Shown: positions 1 through 14,164, numbered from the stretch's first letter. The stretch: 64,000 bases of DNA from Octopus bimaculoides (GCF_001194135.2 NC_068999.1:52429344-52493343); one strand, 5' to 3'. Made by a program: numbers and translations. The notes: generated from the letters alone by a model not told the origin.

Positions 1-192
1 GGGTGACACGTAAAAGCACCCACTACACTCTCTGAGTGGTTGGCGTTAGGAAGGGCATCCAGCTGTAGAAACTCTGCCAAATTAGATTGGAACCTGGTGT
101 TGCCATCCGGTTTCACCAGTCCTCAGTCAAATCGTCCAACCCATGCTAGCATGGAAAGCGGACGTTAAACGATAATGATGATGATGATGATG
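1..192 (+). mobile_element. 3' part of a SINE with an RTE-like tail ending in (GAT)n; related copies near 11040-11220, 14640-14870 (-), 16480-16700, 18575-18770, 37190-37370, 47735-47945
   Basis: Recurrent block taaaagcaccc...ttggcgttaggaagggcatccagc...aacccatgctagcatggaaa..ggacgttaaacgatgatg, seen repeatedly in the window. Confidence 0.75.
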
Positions 193-464
193 ATATGTAT
201 GTTCACTTTGAATTTCACTAATTTTGATAACATTGTGTTAACATATATTTCTGAAAATATTAATATTAATTTCAATGATATTTTATATATATATATATAT
301 AGGTATAAGTTAGAGATGTTTAAAACCTCTTAGGATGGTTAAATCCAAAGGTGCTCCTGGGGATTAGCTGCCTAGGTACAGTCCTTGGTAAAAGGTATAC
401 GGTAGCAGGTAATTCAACAGGTAAACCGTAGTTTTCCTATTATTTTTCCTCCATTTTCTTCTTG

Positions 465-496
<32 letters not shown>

Positions 497-1229
497 TCTG
501 TGTGTGTGTGTGTGTGTGTATGTGTTAATACAATAGAAACAATTGTCGGCTTTATAAGGTGAATTCTACAATAAAGATGTAATTTTCTCTATACGTATTT
601 TTGTTTTATATATATATATATATAAAATAACAAAAGTTATAATGAATAAAATATATAAAAATGGTGGGAGTGAGGAACAAAAACCTCACGAAAGTAAATT
701 TTATTGTAATTAATAAAAAAGAAACATGAAAAGTTGTACTAGTATAATGTGATTTCTGAATAGTAGTAACAGGTTTTAAATATATTCACTGTTTTAGAAT
801 CATATGTTACAGACTGGATTTAGAGAAATAAATAAAAAAAATATTAGAAAGATTTCTTTGTAACATAGGAATAATAAGTGATTTTTTTTTTTTTGTTTTC
901 GTTTCTTTTCAGTTAATGTGTTGATATAGCTTGTTATTTTATTTTTGACTACCTCATTTCTACTAAATTCACGCAGATAAGTCAGTACTAGAATAGATTT
1001 TACTGTAAGGAGAGGAAAATATTGAAAAACAAAAAAAAAATGGAAAGACATTATATGAAATAAAATATAAAATAAAAATAAAACATAACAAATTACATCT
1101 CCCCCACCCCACTCTGCTTACTCTCCTTCTGTCTGTCTGTCTGTCTCTCTTTCTCTTCAATTTTTATTATAAGTATTATTGTTTTTACTATTGTTATCAT
1201 CATCATCACTGTTGTTATGTTGTTTTTAC

Positions 1230-1263
<34 letters not shown>

Positions 1264-2100
1264 TCAATTTTCTCTTTTTTTTTATGCTTTTGAATTGGCT
1301 TCAAAATATTCATGTTGTTTCACTTCATGAATTATTCATTAAAATGGGATTTCGTTAGCTTCAACCTCTTCTTCACCAACCATCACTTCAAACCACCACA
1401 CTACACAGTCTTACTAAGCAATCAATACAAAGAAGAAAAAAAACAACAACAAAAACCTACAAACAAAAACAAAGAGACTGTTAAAATTTATCATCTCCGA
1501 CTCTATTATGTTGTATATATGCAACTTAAACCAGAACTTAAGTTTTTTTGTTTGTGTCTGAGTACGACTGAGTTGAGAAAATGGTTTGGCATCAGAAAGT
1601 ATTGGCTAATGGGCTTAGGGGGAAAAAATGTGACTGTGAGTAAGGATCTTTATTTCTTTACTTGTTTCAGTCATTGGACTGCGTCTATGCTGGAGCACCA
1701 CTTTGATGGGTTTTAGCACTTATTTTTATATATATATATATATATATTTTTCTTTTTGAGTCTGCTACTTATCATGTCACTCACTTTTACACAACTACTA
1801 ATGTTACATAGATGTAGACAAACCAACACTGGTCATCAAGTAATGGTAGGAAACACACACACACACACACACATGCACACAGACACACACACACACACAC
1901 ACACACAGATATAAAAGCAACATTGGAACATGGCACAGCAGCATTCCATCACTTCACCAGCAATATATGCTGAAAAGTTCCTGGCTTTGGGTCAAAGAAA
2001 ATACAAGAAGATCAGTTAATTATGATTTTATTCAACATATTCCCCTCTCAGATTCACATACTTATACATCACATATGGTTTGTTGGTGTGCTATTTAATG

Positions 2101-2290
2101 TATGCAGGTGTGCCTTGTAAGGTCTGCAGATGTGACATGTTAGTCTGCAGGTGTGACATGTTAGTCTGCAGGTGTGTCACATCTGGTTTGCAAAGCATAC
2201 TATGTATGGTCTACAGGTGTACCATGTAATGCTTGCAGATGTGCCAGGTAAGATTTGCAGGCATATCATATATGGTCTGCAGGTATGCCT
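2101..2290. repeat. Minisatellite of about 21-22 bp (consensus gtctgcaggtgtgacatgtta), about 9 degenerate copies
   Basis: Direct inspection; the gcag core recurs every 21-22 nt. Confidence 0.85.
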
Positions 2291-2874
2291 TGAGTTTTTG
2301 AAACCAGTCAGAAAATACCAGTTTAGAACATCTGAGTGTTATTGATGCATTGCACCATTGCATATGTATTGTTTTGCAGCCAAAATGCAATACATGCCAG
2401 TGTTTGTTTTTAAACAATTTTAATACTTGGTTTTATGCAACAAGACATTTTGAAAAGCTGACAATGAACTGAAAACATACATAACACTTTTATTCAGTGG
2501 ATTGTAGATGTAGATTAAAAATGGTTGAAAATCACTGTTCTAACAGGTCGAGCGATCACAATAAATGCTACCTTATTGACTTCTTTGTGATACTGTGTTG
2601 TGTTGAAGGATATTAGGTGAGCTATTCTCAGTAAAAAAAAAAGGGAGGTTTTTTTTTTTTGTATTTATCTGTACAATCAACTATGTACATGTTTATATAT
2701 GTTACAATTGTGCCTTCTGTTGCGCATTGGTGTGATGTACTTATTGTTCTTAAGATGTTAACATCTCAGAACTTTATTCGAGATTTGTGTGTGATGTTTT
2801 CATAGGAGAATTTCAATTGAGTTGAACTGGCCTCATAAAGGTTTTATTGTTGTATGGTTCCCTGCTCTGTTCCT

Positions 2875-3155
2875 CTTTCTCTCTCTCTGACTCACTTTCT
2901 TTCTTTTATCTCTCTCTTTCTCCCCTTCTCTCTCTCTCCTCTCCCTACCTCTCTCTCTCTCTTCTCTCTCTGCCTCTCTCTCTTCTCTCTCTGCCTCTCT
3001 CTCTTTTCCTTGCCTCTCTCTCCTTTCCTTGCCTCTCTCTCCTTTCCTTGCCTCTCTCTTCTCTCCTCTCTCTCTCTTTTTCTTCTTGCCTTTCTCTCTC
3101 TCTACTTTTCTCTCCTTCTCACCTAGCCTCTTTCCTCCTCTGTTTCTCAACCTGC

Positions 3156-3219
<64 letters not shown>

Positions 3220-3220
3220 C
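2875..3220. repeat. CT-rich polypyrimidine and (TA)n microsatellite block
   Basis: Direct inspection; explains the low-complexity ORFs at 2833-3268. Confidence 0.95.
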
Positions 3221-3732
3221 TCAACAATAAAATTGCAGTTAGCCAGGCACATCTATAAACACTCATAAACTTGTATACATCTAAACAGCTTCCATAATAT
3301 AGTCAGAGACTTATGCATTTGCACATTCATGAACATACTGATGTCAGTGCACACAAAGATATATGCATTTCCTTCTGTACGTTCACATTTGCACCTCTGA
3401 AAACCAACATGCACTACATATTTATACCCATAAACACTTATTAGCATAATTCTGAGCATAAACATAAAACTTACAGGAAATAATGATAAAGTAAGCCCTC
3501 AGCATGTGTTGATGTGTGTACATTTAATTTATACAAATGTGTCTGTTCAACAATACTAGCATATTCACCGTAACCTTCACAGGCCCTCTGACACCAGTGA
3601 TATTAATATGGCTGCTGTTGAGTTTGAACATATATATGGTAGAAGGGAGATTCCAGTGGGTTGATTAATATTAATAAAAATCTGTAAATGTATAACCATC
3701 CAGATATCTGAGTACCTTATTATTTTTTCTAA

Positions 3733-3808
<76 letters not shown>

Positions 3809-4522
3809 CATGTCTATGTGTGTGTGTGTATGTCTTTGTGTCTATGTTTGTCTTCCACCACTGCTTAACAAATGGTGTTGGTGTGTTTACATCCCTGTAA
3901 GTTAGAGGTGTGGCAAAAAAAGACTGATAGAACTAGTATCAGGCTAAAAAGAAAAGTAGTGGAACTGATTCATTTGGTTCAAATTTCTTTTGGTTGGTGC
4001 CCCAGCATGGGCACAGTCAAATGACTGAAACAATAAAGGATAAAAAATAAATGTTAAAGTGTCATTAAGAGAATAGGGTTAATAGTTATGCTGGGAATAG
4101 TGTCGAGAAATTTCAGGAAACATGGATGTAGTGGTCTGAAAGCTAAAAACCAATACTGACAGTTTATTTCATGCTTTGACAACATCGAGTATGAAAAAAT
4201 TTATCAAAAATTTCATTATCCAAAGTATCCTTTGTTTTCGGGATGATTTGAGTGAGATTTGGCTGCTATGTCTAGTAGGCCAATCACCCATGTTATGGCT
4301 TCCTTGCTGTTGGCTTGACAACAAGTAACTATTTAAAATATAAAATTGAAATTGTGAACTCAGTCTGTAAATTAACACACACGGCTGGTTGAGAGATTGA
4401 GAGATAAAAGTAATTTGTTGATTAAAGAATCAAGGCAAATGAATAAATAAAATATATCTAAAAATCTTTTAGTGCAGTAATTACTTGATATATGCACTGT
4501 AATTAAAAAATAATTAATGATC

Positions 4523-4561
<39 letters not shown>

Positions 4562-5359
4562 GATGATGATGATAATATATATGTGTGTGTGTATATATAT
4601 GAAAAATATCATTAAAAATCAAATTAAAATATACTTTATATAGATTTTTTTAATGTGATATGTGTGCATATATATGTATATATTAGTATATATGTGTATA
4701 TATACATGTGTGTATATATACATGTGTGTGTATATGTGTGTGTATATGTGTGTATATATTATGTGTATGCATGTGTATATATATGTGTTATGTTTGTGTT
4801 TGTGTTGTGTGTGTATATTGATAGAGTGCCTACAAATGTATGGGTTGTATTTGCATAAATATGTGTGGGTACATATATTTATGCGTGTGTGTGTGTGTGT
4901 GTGTTTATTTTACAAATGATTTTAGAAAAATAAAAAGATAAAAATTAAATAATTATTTACATGTTCAAATATGACTTTAAATTTAGATATGGATTTGGAA
5001 TTTAGATAATTATATGTTTATGTGTGTATTTGTGTATATATATATATATCTATTAGTGCATATATTAATATGCATATAGTTGTTAGAGTTTTATATTAAT
5101 AAATAAATAATTTTGAAATAACATCACTATATTGTTCAGTACTAGCATAAATAAATTGGTAATTAGGTTGTGTGTCTATGTGTCATCGTTGTGATTGTTT
5201 AGCCCTAGGCAGGTAGACAGACTTGAATCAAGTTGATCTTATGGTCACAGACTTTTCTGCTGTGACCATCCTGTCTTTTTATTTATTTATATATGTCTGT
5301 GTGTGCGTATGACTATACATACATACACATATATATTTCCATACACACACACGCACACA

Positions 5360-5395
<36 letters not shown>

Positions 5396-6291
5396 GAAAT
5401 ATATATGTGTATGTATGTATAGTCATACGCACACATAGACATATATATATATGTATGCATGTATATTGCCATGCNNNNNNNNNNNNNNNNNNNNNNNNNN
5501 NNNNNNNNNNNNNNNNNNNNNNNNNNNNNNNNNNNNNNNNNNNNNNNNNNNNNNNNNNNNNNNNNNNNNNNNNNNNNNNNNNNNNNNNNNNNNNNNNNNN
5601 NNNNNNNNNNNNNNNNNNNNNNNNNNNNNNNNNNNNNNNNNNNNNNNNNNNNNNNNNNNNNNNNNNNNNNNNNNNNNNNNNNNNNNNNNNNNNNNNNNNN
5701 NNNNNNNNNNNNNNNNNNNNNNNNNNNNNNNNNNNNNNNNNNNNNNNNNGGCGGGGGTTGTTTTAGCATATGCTTATATGGCATATGGTTACAATTCTTC
5801 AATGGAAAATGTTTTATATAAAATATTGCGATTAAGACATCAAAGTATAATCTATCTTTGTTGAACATCACTTAATACACTTTGATGCTCCCCCATATGC
5901 ATATATGTATGAAAGAGAGGAAGTTAACTAAAATATTGGGTTTTAAAAAATAAAGTTATTGTGCTGAAGGATATATATGTATATATGTGTGTATGTATGT
6001 ATATATGTATGTATATATGTATGTATGTGTGTGTGTGTGTGTGTGTATGTATATATGTGTGTTTGTGTATGTATGTATGTATGTATGTGATCACTGCATA
6101 TAAGTGAGATTACAAAGCACATGGCATTTTGATTCATTCCCCCTTAATACTTTGTATACTTTTTATTAATAAAAGCAGGTGAGGCCAAGAGTGTTGTTGA
6201 TATTTTTAGTGAAAGCTTGATAATAGTCAGTGTGAGGACCCCTAAACTAATGTATCCTTTCCCCTTTTTAAGATGGTGAGGTGTGGCTTAT

Positions 6292-6331
<40 letters not shown>

Positions 6332-6494
6332 GCTGCTGTTTTTAGCAGAATATAAATTCCTTTGTTAGCTGAAGGTTAGATGTTCCTGTTGCCGCTTAGC
6401 TCCCCCAATCCACCCCATCATCCCTGACTGGGCAGACCTATAATCAGAAGCATTCTATCTGAATAAGGATCTATTTGAAGAGGGTGCTGAGGCA

Positions 6495-6660
6495 CAGGTA
6501 TGGCTGTGTGGTAAGAAGCTTGCTTCCTAACCACATGTGGTTCATGGTTCAGTCCCACTGCCTGGCACCTTGGGCAAGGGTCTCCTACTATAGCTTCAGG
6601 CCAACCAAAGCCTTGTGAGTGGATTTGATAGATGGAAACTGAAAGAAGCCTATCGCATGT
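6495..6660 (+). mobile_element. tRNA-derived SINE head (major family); further copies near 11770-11940 (-), 12030-12190 (-), 15160-15310 (-), 22300-22460 (+), 28960-29095 (-), 38215-38330 (-), 39205-39370 (-), 42370-42480 (+), 44600-44765 (-)
   Basis: Pol III A-box-like tggctgtgtggtaag and B-box-like ggttcagtccc, followed by the shared core gcaccttgggcaag...tgtgagtggatttggtagatggaaactgaaagaagcc. Confidence 0.8.
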
Positions 6661-7159
6661 ATATATATATATATATGTACATNNNNNNNNNNNNNNNNNN
6701 NNNNNNNNNNNNNNNNNNNNNNNNNNNNNNNNNNNNNNNNNNNNNNNNNNNNNNNNNNNNNNNNNNNNNNNNNNNNNNNNNNNNNNNNNNNNNNNNNNNN
6801 NNNNNNNNNNNNNNNNNNNNNNNNNNNNNNNNNNNNNNNNNNNNNNNNNNNNNNNNNNNNNNNNNNNNNNNNNNNNNNNNNNNNNNNNNNNNNNNNNNNN
6901 NNNNNNNNNNNNNNNNNNNNNNNNNNNNNNNNNNNNNNNNNNNNNNNNNNNNNNNNNNNNNNNNNNNNNNNNNNNNNNNNNNNNNNNNNNNNNNNNNNNN
7001 NNNNNNNNNNNNNNNNNNNNNNNNNNNNNNNNNNNNNNNNNNNNNNNNNNNNNNNNNNNNNNNNNNNNNNNNNNNNNNNNNNNNNNNNNNNNNNNNNNNN
7101 NNNNNNNNNNNNNNNNNNNNNNNNNNNNNNNNNNNNATATATGGGTGTGTGTGTATATA

Positions 7160-7364
7160 CAGAGTTAAATGTAATACTTATTTATTCACATTATTTCGAA
7201 TTAATCATGTACTATCTTGTGGCTTTGCAATTTTGATGATGTGACTGTATATTTTTAGAATGACATTGTAAGGTAGGTATGAGATGCCAGATCTGTCTAA
7301 TTTGGCTATAAAACAGGTAGATTATTTGAGCCGGATATGGTCAGTTTAAATGCTAAATGGTTAA
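7160..7364 (-). mobile_element. TTAA-flanked MITE family A (piggyBac-like ends), partial copy
   Basis: The reverse complement (ttaaccatttagcatttaaactgaccatatccggctc...) aligns by eye along its length with the copy at 56566-56778. Confidence 0.7.
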
Positions 7365-8363
7365 ATGTTTACTGGACAGCATATCTAATGCTACATCAAT
7401 TAATATACCTCATTATTTTAAAATCATCTGCCAATTCTACTCTTTTGAATTCTTTGGCACCAGGAAGAGCACATGTCTGTGAAAATCTTGCTCCAGGTAC
7501 CTCGATAGCTAGGAAGGGCTTCTCAATGACATTGAATTTATAAAAACAATTGGCTGAATTCCATTTCAGACACATTGGAAGTTTTCTGATAAAACAAACC
7601 ACTAATTGTTGGTTTATAACCAATAATCAAAGAACTGAAGTATTGAAAGCTTTGGTCATCCTTTGACCAGCTAAGTACATAACTTGTTGCTTAAGTAGCA
7701 ATGCTAACCCCAAATTATTTTTATATTTCGTTATTATAATTGCATAATAATAACAATGTTTCAGTAACACCATTGGCAGTCTTTGACTGTGTATCAAAGT
7801 TATTTCCACCATATTAATTATGCCATTTAAGACTCATAAAACCTTCCTCTCCATTTCTCTAATGTCAGACCATAATCCGTAAAAATTTAATGTGACTCTA
7901 ATTTGTGTTAATACTAGAGTAGAAGCGGAGGTTTTGTTGAATGTTGGATATAAATCTTCATCTTGATTTGCTTTCAGGGGTGTCGTTTTTTTTTTATTGC
8001 TCAAAGCAACATTTAATTGACTGACAAAATCATAAAACAAAACAAAAAACTGCTTAAAATTCTTGGTTAACTTCAGCAATGTATTGATAATGATAATATT
8101 TTGTGGGTTTGAATTCTTGTAATGTTTTCCTTCATTCAAAATTTTTAGTTGAAGCTGCATATTTTATATCTAGATCATTCATCTGTTTTATTAACTCATT
8201 GACAATGTGACTTTATTTCAATTATTTTTTGTTTTGGAATGTTAAATATTGGTTAAAGAGAGGGGTTTTATCTGGTGAAATCAAATGCAAATATTTTGGT
8301 TTTTGCAGTTAATTTCATCTGGTTTATTTAGTTTATCTTAGAATTTAAAATGAATTGCATAAG

Positions 8364-8810
8364 TGCAGATGTGGGTAAGCGATTAAAGAGTTTACTTCCC
8401 AACCATGTGGCTTCAAGTTCAGTCCTACTGTGCGGCACCTTGGGTTAGTGTTTTCTACTACAGCCCTGGACAAACCAAAGTCTTGTGAATGGATTTGGTA
8501 GATGAAAACTAAAAGAAGCCCATAGTGTGTTTGTGTGTATGTGTTTGTGTATGTGTGTGTGTGTGTGTCTTCTTGTCTTGGTGTAATGTGATAGTTGTAA
8601 ATGAACTTCATTTACATATAGAGGGTGTCCTTCATTTCTAATCTTTGCTAAATACATGTCTGGTCATAGGCAAAATATTACCTCACTTAGAAACAGGTGA
8701 GGGTTGGTGACAAGAAGGGTGTCCGGCCATAGAAAATCTGTCTCAATGAATTCAGTCTGACCAATGTAAGCATGGAAGAAAAGTGGACATTAATACAATG
8801 GTGATGATGT
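8364..8810 (+). mobile_element. Near full-length composite SINE (tRNA-like head, internal TG microsatellite, body, RTE-like 3' end with GAT tail)
   Basis: Head as at 6495. Body aaaatattacc...gaaacaggtgagggttggtgacaagaaggg...gcatggaa..gtggacatt recurs at 16060-16265, 18800-19090 and 62215-62370. Confidence 0.75.
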
Positions 8811-10157
8811 TTTCATAAATCTAAATTCGTGTCAGTGTTTTCATAGACATGTTGGAAATAAAAACTGCAATGGTTACCCTGACTGTGGAACAACTATTTT
8901 TGTTATCAAGCAAAATCTCTTCCACATTGGTTTGTAAGATGACAAGCTCTCACCTTTGTTTCTATAGCAATTCTTTTACCCTTGAAGAACTCACTTAAGT
9001 GTTGATGCAACTATTCTGTTATAGATTGAATGATAGAAGCAGTGCCATGATTCTGAGTCTGCCAAAGAAAATCTCTTTGAAATGTTTAAAATATCTCCTG
9101 TTTGGTGACTTCAACTAAATAAGTTTCAATAATAACTGGGTTTTATGTTCTAATCGGTATAAGCATAATCAACAAACGAATCATACATAGAAATATATAT
9201 TTTGCAACTCTTCTTTTTGATAAGGATATTTTTTCAAAAATGCAAATCTAGCAAATAAATATATTATCCATTTGAGATAAGCTCAATTTGAAAATAATAT
9301 TGTATTTTTGTGGAGTATTTTAAAAAAATCTCATGCTTGGTGAAAAACAAAAACAAAAACTAGTAATACGTATCAAAAGAAAAACTGAACTGTATTTACT
9401 GGAATAAAGAAATGTAGAATTTGCTTTGTGAAATTTGTTATTGAATTTTACTGTATGTGTTGCAATAATTATCAAACTGATTTTAATTTCTTTTTCTTTT
9501 ATCTCTTCTGTGGAAAAATAGGCTTTAAAAAAAAGATATTATCAGACATTAAAATTACTATCTGAAATTCATTTAATGCCTGTACAGAAAAGAGCTCTCC
9601 ACTATTGTGCTTAGACATGTTTACAAACAAAGCACCTGGGAAAGATGACAAAGAAATTTCTTACAAAAATCCGACTACATCTGAATCAAAGACTCCTGGT
9701 ATTAGTTCCATAACGCACTTACATAATACTAGCATTACAAAAGTATTGAGAAGAATTCAATGTTCGATTGTGATTATAGAATCTCTAACATTACTGAATG
9801 CTGATGAAGTTTGTGACAAGGAAAACTAGACTGCTTTTATTTATAGAATCACCACAAAACACCAAACTGACACTTCGTGTCTGTTATGACTATATTAGCA
9901 AGACAGCTGTTGTCTCCTTTCCTTCAATTTATTTTATCTTTGATACAAGACACTTTAGTTGTGTTATATCAACATGCTGAACATCTGTAAGTCATATGTT
10001 CTTCCTACATGTTTTAGTTTATTTTGTATTGATATACTTTAGTCATGTAGCTTTTTTTTACGAATCATTCAACACATTACTTGGGGTGTAGAATATCTGA
10101 GTAATCACAGAGGTAGTGGGTCTATGATAGTATAACAAACTTTTCACTAAAACTAAT

Positions 10158-10250
10158 TTGAGCAAGATCTTCTATTATTTGAACAAGATCTATTATTCGA
10201 GCAAGATCTTCTGTTATTTGAGCAAGATCTTCTATAATGGTAAGATCTTT
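10158..10250. repeat. Minisatellite of about 21 bp (tttgagcaagatcttctatta), 4-5 copies
   Basis: Direct inspection; AGATCT recurs in each unit. Confidence 0.85.
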
Positions 10251-10967
10251 CAGAGTTATTTACACACATTTTCTACAATATAAAGTGCACCTTTCATGAT
10301 TTTCCCCAGTTTCTCACAAATTTTTGCACAGAGAAAGCATTAAGTTAAGTACACTCATTAGCTATATAGTATCCCTACTTTCATCAAAGGTGAACTGTGC
10401 ATCTTCAGATTACATTTAATTAAATTAGGTCATTGAGAGTTAAGTGTTTTTACTAGGGTCATGGCTGAGTGCCAGTTGCAGGAATTAACTACTGACCTTC
10501 CAGTCAATAAGACCACATCCTTAACAACTTGTTTAACTAGAAAACAAATACAATAATCTTCTCAATTTCCTATTTGTTTTACTATTTATTACTGTATGTG
10601 ATATTTAAGGAAATTGATTCAATGAAAGAAAAAATAGTTTTTAGATCTTGTTGTTCAGACGTGAACATTATAATTACTGTTAGGTAAAACATAGAAGATT
10701 AATTTCAAAGGATGTTTAAGGTTATAACTCTCAATATTTTTACTCTACCGAATCATTCTTTGCTGTTATGATATATTGTTGTAATAGAACAAATATTTAT
10801 AATGATTATTTAGTTGTAAAATGAATATGATACTGAAAAACTATAAGTAATGTTATTCCTAGAATATTGGTTTCCATTTCTGACTGTTAGACAAACTAAA
10901 GTAATATAGAATTGTGTGTTCAGCCCAGAAACATAACAAAATATTTGCACTCAATTTGAACTGTTGA

Positions 10968-11038
<71 letters not shown>

Positions 11039-12769
11039 CAGAACTGAGTCCACCACAACAGAATGATATAGGTGTTGGTACCACATAAAAAGCACCCGGT
11101 ACACTCTGTAGAAGCCATGCCAGAACAGATAATGGAACCTGATGCGGGCTCTGGCCTTACCAGCTCCAGTAAAACTGTCCAACCCATGCTAGCCTGGAAA
11201 ACAGTCCTTACATGATGATGAATGCACACACACACACACACACACACCAGCATGGAAAATGGATTAGAAATAATGGTGGCTGTGGCAGTGGTGGTATATT
11301 TAATTCATAACCAATCCAGTAAAATATATTTGGTTCTGCCTGTGTCTTCATATCGATTTGTCTGATTGTTTCTATTGGGTCATCTCATTAATAATGCAGT
11401 TTTTTTTTATTATACTTCTTTTATTTTTCAAAATTAAGATAAACAAAGTTCTTTTTTAATCTAAAATATACTCTCCTTCATTTTCTACAATGCTCTTCTA
11501 TCTTTTGATAGACTTGCAAGGCCCCTCTTCCAAAATTCACTTGTCTGTGATGAAAAATACTCCTCCAGTACTGTTCTGATCTTGTCTACAGAATTTTTAG
11601 TCGAATGTATCAACCTCAGTACTTGTTTGTTTTTTTAAAGCTTGGTACTTATTCTATCGATCTCTTTTGCTAATCTGCTAAGTAACGGGGATGTAAATAC
11701 ACCAGCATCGGTTGTCAATGGTGTTGAGGGACAAACACAAATGCAAAGGCACACACACACATAGATATATATACACATATATACAACAGGATTCTTTCAG
11801 TTTCTATCTCCCAAATCCACTCACAAGGCTGTGGTTGGCCCAAAGCTATAGTAGAAGACACTTGCCCAAGGTGCTACACAGTGGGACTGAACCCCAAACC
11901 ATGCGGTTGGGAAGCAAGCTTCTTACCTCGCAGCCATACCTGTGCCTATATGTTTGCAATAGAGTGGACTCTGCTAAAGTCCCCTAAAGTTCCTGATCTG
12001 ATTCATATCTACCACCCACAAAGATATACCTATATGAGCTTCCACACAGTTTCCATTTACCAAATTCACTCACAAGGCATTGGTGGCCCAGGGCAATTGT
12101 AGGAGACATTCACCCAAGGTGCTATGCAGTGGAATGGAACCCCAAAACTGCATGGTTGCAAAGCGGGCTTCTTAACTACACAGCTATGCCCGTACCTGTA
12201 CCATAAATAGAAGAGAAAGTGGGGGAATCATAGAGACGTAGACAGAGGCCTAGATAGAGACAGCTAAAGGGGCATTGAGATAGAGGGAGGGATGGAATGA
12301 GAAAGAGAGAGAGATAGAGACACAGAGCCAGAGAGAGGAGAGACAGAAAAAGATGCAGATGAAGTGATGACAAAGCAACAGAATGGAGAAGACAAGAGGA
12401 TTTTCTTTTGCTTAAATTCTTCTATTCATTTTAGTTCGAAGTTAGATGAATGAGTTTGAAGTAAGTTGAACAAGTTCTTAAGAGATATCGTGTCTTATCT
12501 ATGGCTGAATGCTTCAGAATCTCACCTAAGCACTTCATGTCGAGACATGTATGGTCTATTATTACCCTAGTTATCAATCAACATCAACTGATGACATTTT
12601 AAAATTTCTCCGACCTTCATTTCCGTTCAAGCCTTATTACATACTTATTTCTAGTTTATTGTGTTGGTTGCCATTTCTGTCATTATTCATAACGAACTTC
12701 ATCACATACATTTCTTTCCAATACCAGCTCCTTTATTTTCAAACAATTCTTTACATACTTTTATTCATC

Positions 12770-13420
12770 TCTATGTCTTTCTCTCTCTCTTTTTCTCTTT
12801 ATCCTTATCTCTCTCTACTTCTCTCTTTGCATGTCCTCTCTGTCTCTCTTTATCTTTCTGTCTCTCTTTCTCTTTATACCTATTTTTCTCCATATTTCTT
12901 TTTTGTATTTATATCTCACTTTGTCTGTCTCTCCTTCTCTCTGTCTATGTCTCTTTCCCTCTCTCTCTGTCTCTCCTTATCACTATTCCTATCTCTCTCT
13001 ATGTCTCTCTATGTATGTCCTCTGTCTCTCCTTATCTTTTTCTCTCACCCTCTTTATACCTGTTTCTCTCTCTATTTTTCTGTATTTATATCTCTCTTTG
13101 TCTGTCTCTCCTTCTCTCTCCCTCCCTCTCTCTCTTTCTCTATCTTTTTCTGCTTCTTTCCTTTGTTTCCTCTTCTTTCTTATTTTCTTTTTCATTGCTT
13201 TCTCCATTTTCTTCACTTTCCCTTTCTATATCTTTCTATCTCAATGTTCCTTTGTCTGTCACTCCTCTCTGGCTATCTCTCTCTCTCTCTCTCTCTCTCT
13301 CCCTCTCTCTCCTTTTCTGACACTCTGTTTCTGTCACTTTCTCCTCCTATCTCCCTTTGTCTAGCTCATTCTCTTGTTCTCTCTCTATTTCTGTCTTTGT
13401 CTGTCTTAGCCACCACCAAC
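12770..13420. repeat. Long CT-rich polypyrimidine tract with internal duplications
   Basis: Direct; source of the spurious ORFs at 12551-13450. Confidence 0.9.
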
Positions 13421-13771
13421 TCTTTCTCACCTATTCATTATTATTCTTGATATATTCCAATTCTTCATGTATTTTCTGTTTATCCTTACCAAATTCAGTG
13501 CAGTACAAGTTATTGAAATGACATGAAAAAATATCCTCAAGAGATTACATTCTCTTAGAATATAAAATATTCTTGGACATCAGTAATGTTAAGAGGAAGT
13601 TTCAATATGACTTCATATTTCTGGAGCTACTTAAGAATATATATATATATATATATATGTAAATATGTATGTGTGTGTGTGTATCTATACACGCACACAT
13701 ATAAATTATATATTCATACACGCATATATATAAAAGTATATGTATATATTTATACACGCACACATATAAAT

Positions 13772-13804
<33 letters not shown>

Positions 13805-13874
13805 ATTATATGTATATATGTGTATGTGTCTGTGTTAGTATGTATAATTTCACATACAAAGAATTAAGGTATAA

Positions 13875-14160
13875 AAGTTGGAATCATCTGAATAGGGTTG
13901 TGTGTGACCAGAGGTGCCAGGAGCTCAATCATTAATGTAAAAATATAAAAGCATGAGAGAAAGGACTGAACCTTGAGGTACGCCTCAGCCAGTTAATCGT
14001 TCGGATCAGGATAAGTTTTATTGACACGTCATGCAAAGAAGTCTGATAATATCTAATACAAGAGACAAAGGACAGGCGGTGACCATACATGTATAACACT
14101 TCTCAGCACACACCATTATCCATACATCCACACACAATCTTCAATAGCGTTACCAAGCAT
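13875..14160 (-). mobile_element. Decayed non-LTR retrotransposon reverse transcriptase fragment (CR1/L2/Jockey-like)
   Basis: Minus strand translates ILSDFF...G*GVPQGSVLSLMLLYFYIND*APGTSGHTQPYSDD, containing the GVPQGSVL and Y(A/S)DD RT motifs with stops. Confidence 0.8.
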
Positions 14161-14164
14161 ATAA

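Noticed and set aside
7369-8160. NUMT or selenoprotein reading of the TGA-only frame
   Set aside because: The translation has no mitochondrial protein motifs and no SECIS was recognised. Kept only as a possible transposase fossil.
10285-10395. Short inverted repeats (13/15 match here; 10/12 at 48004-48090) suggesting mini-MITEs
   Set aside because: No clear TSD or second copy in the window, so they could be chance.
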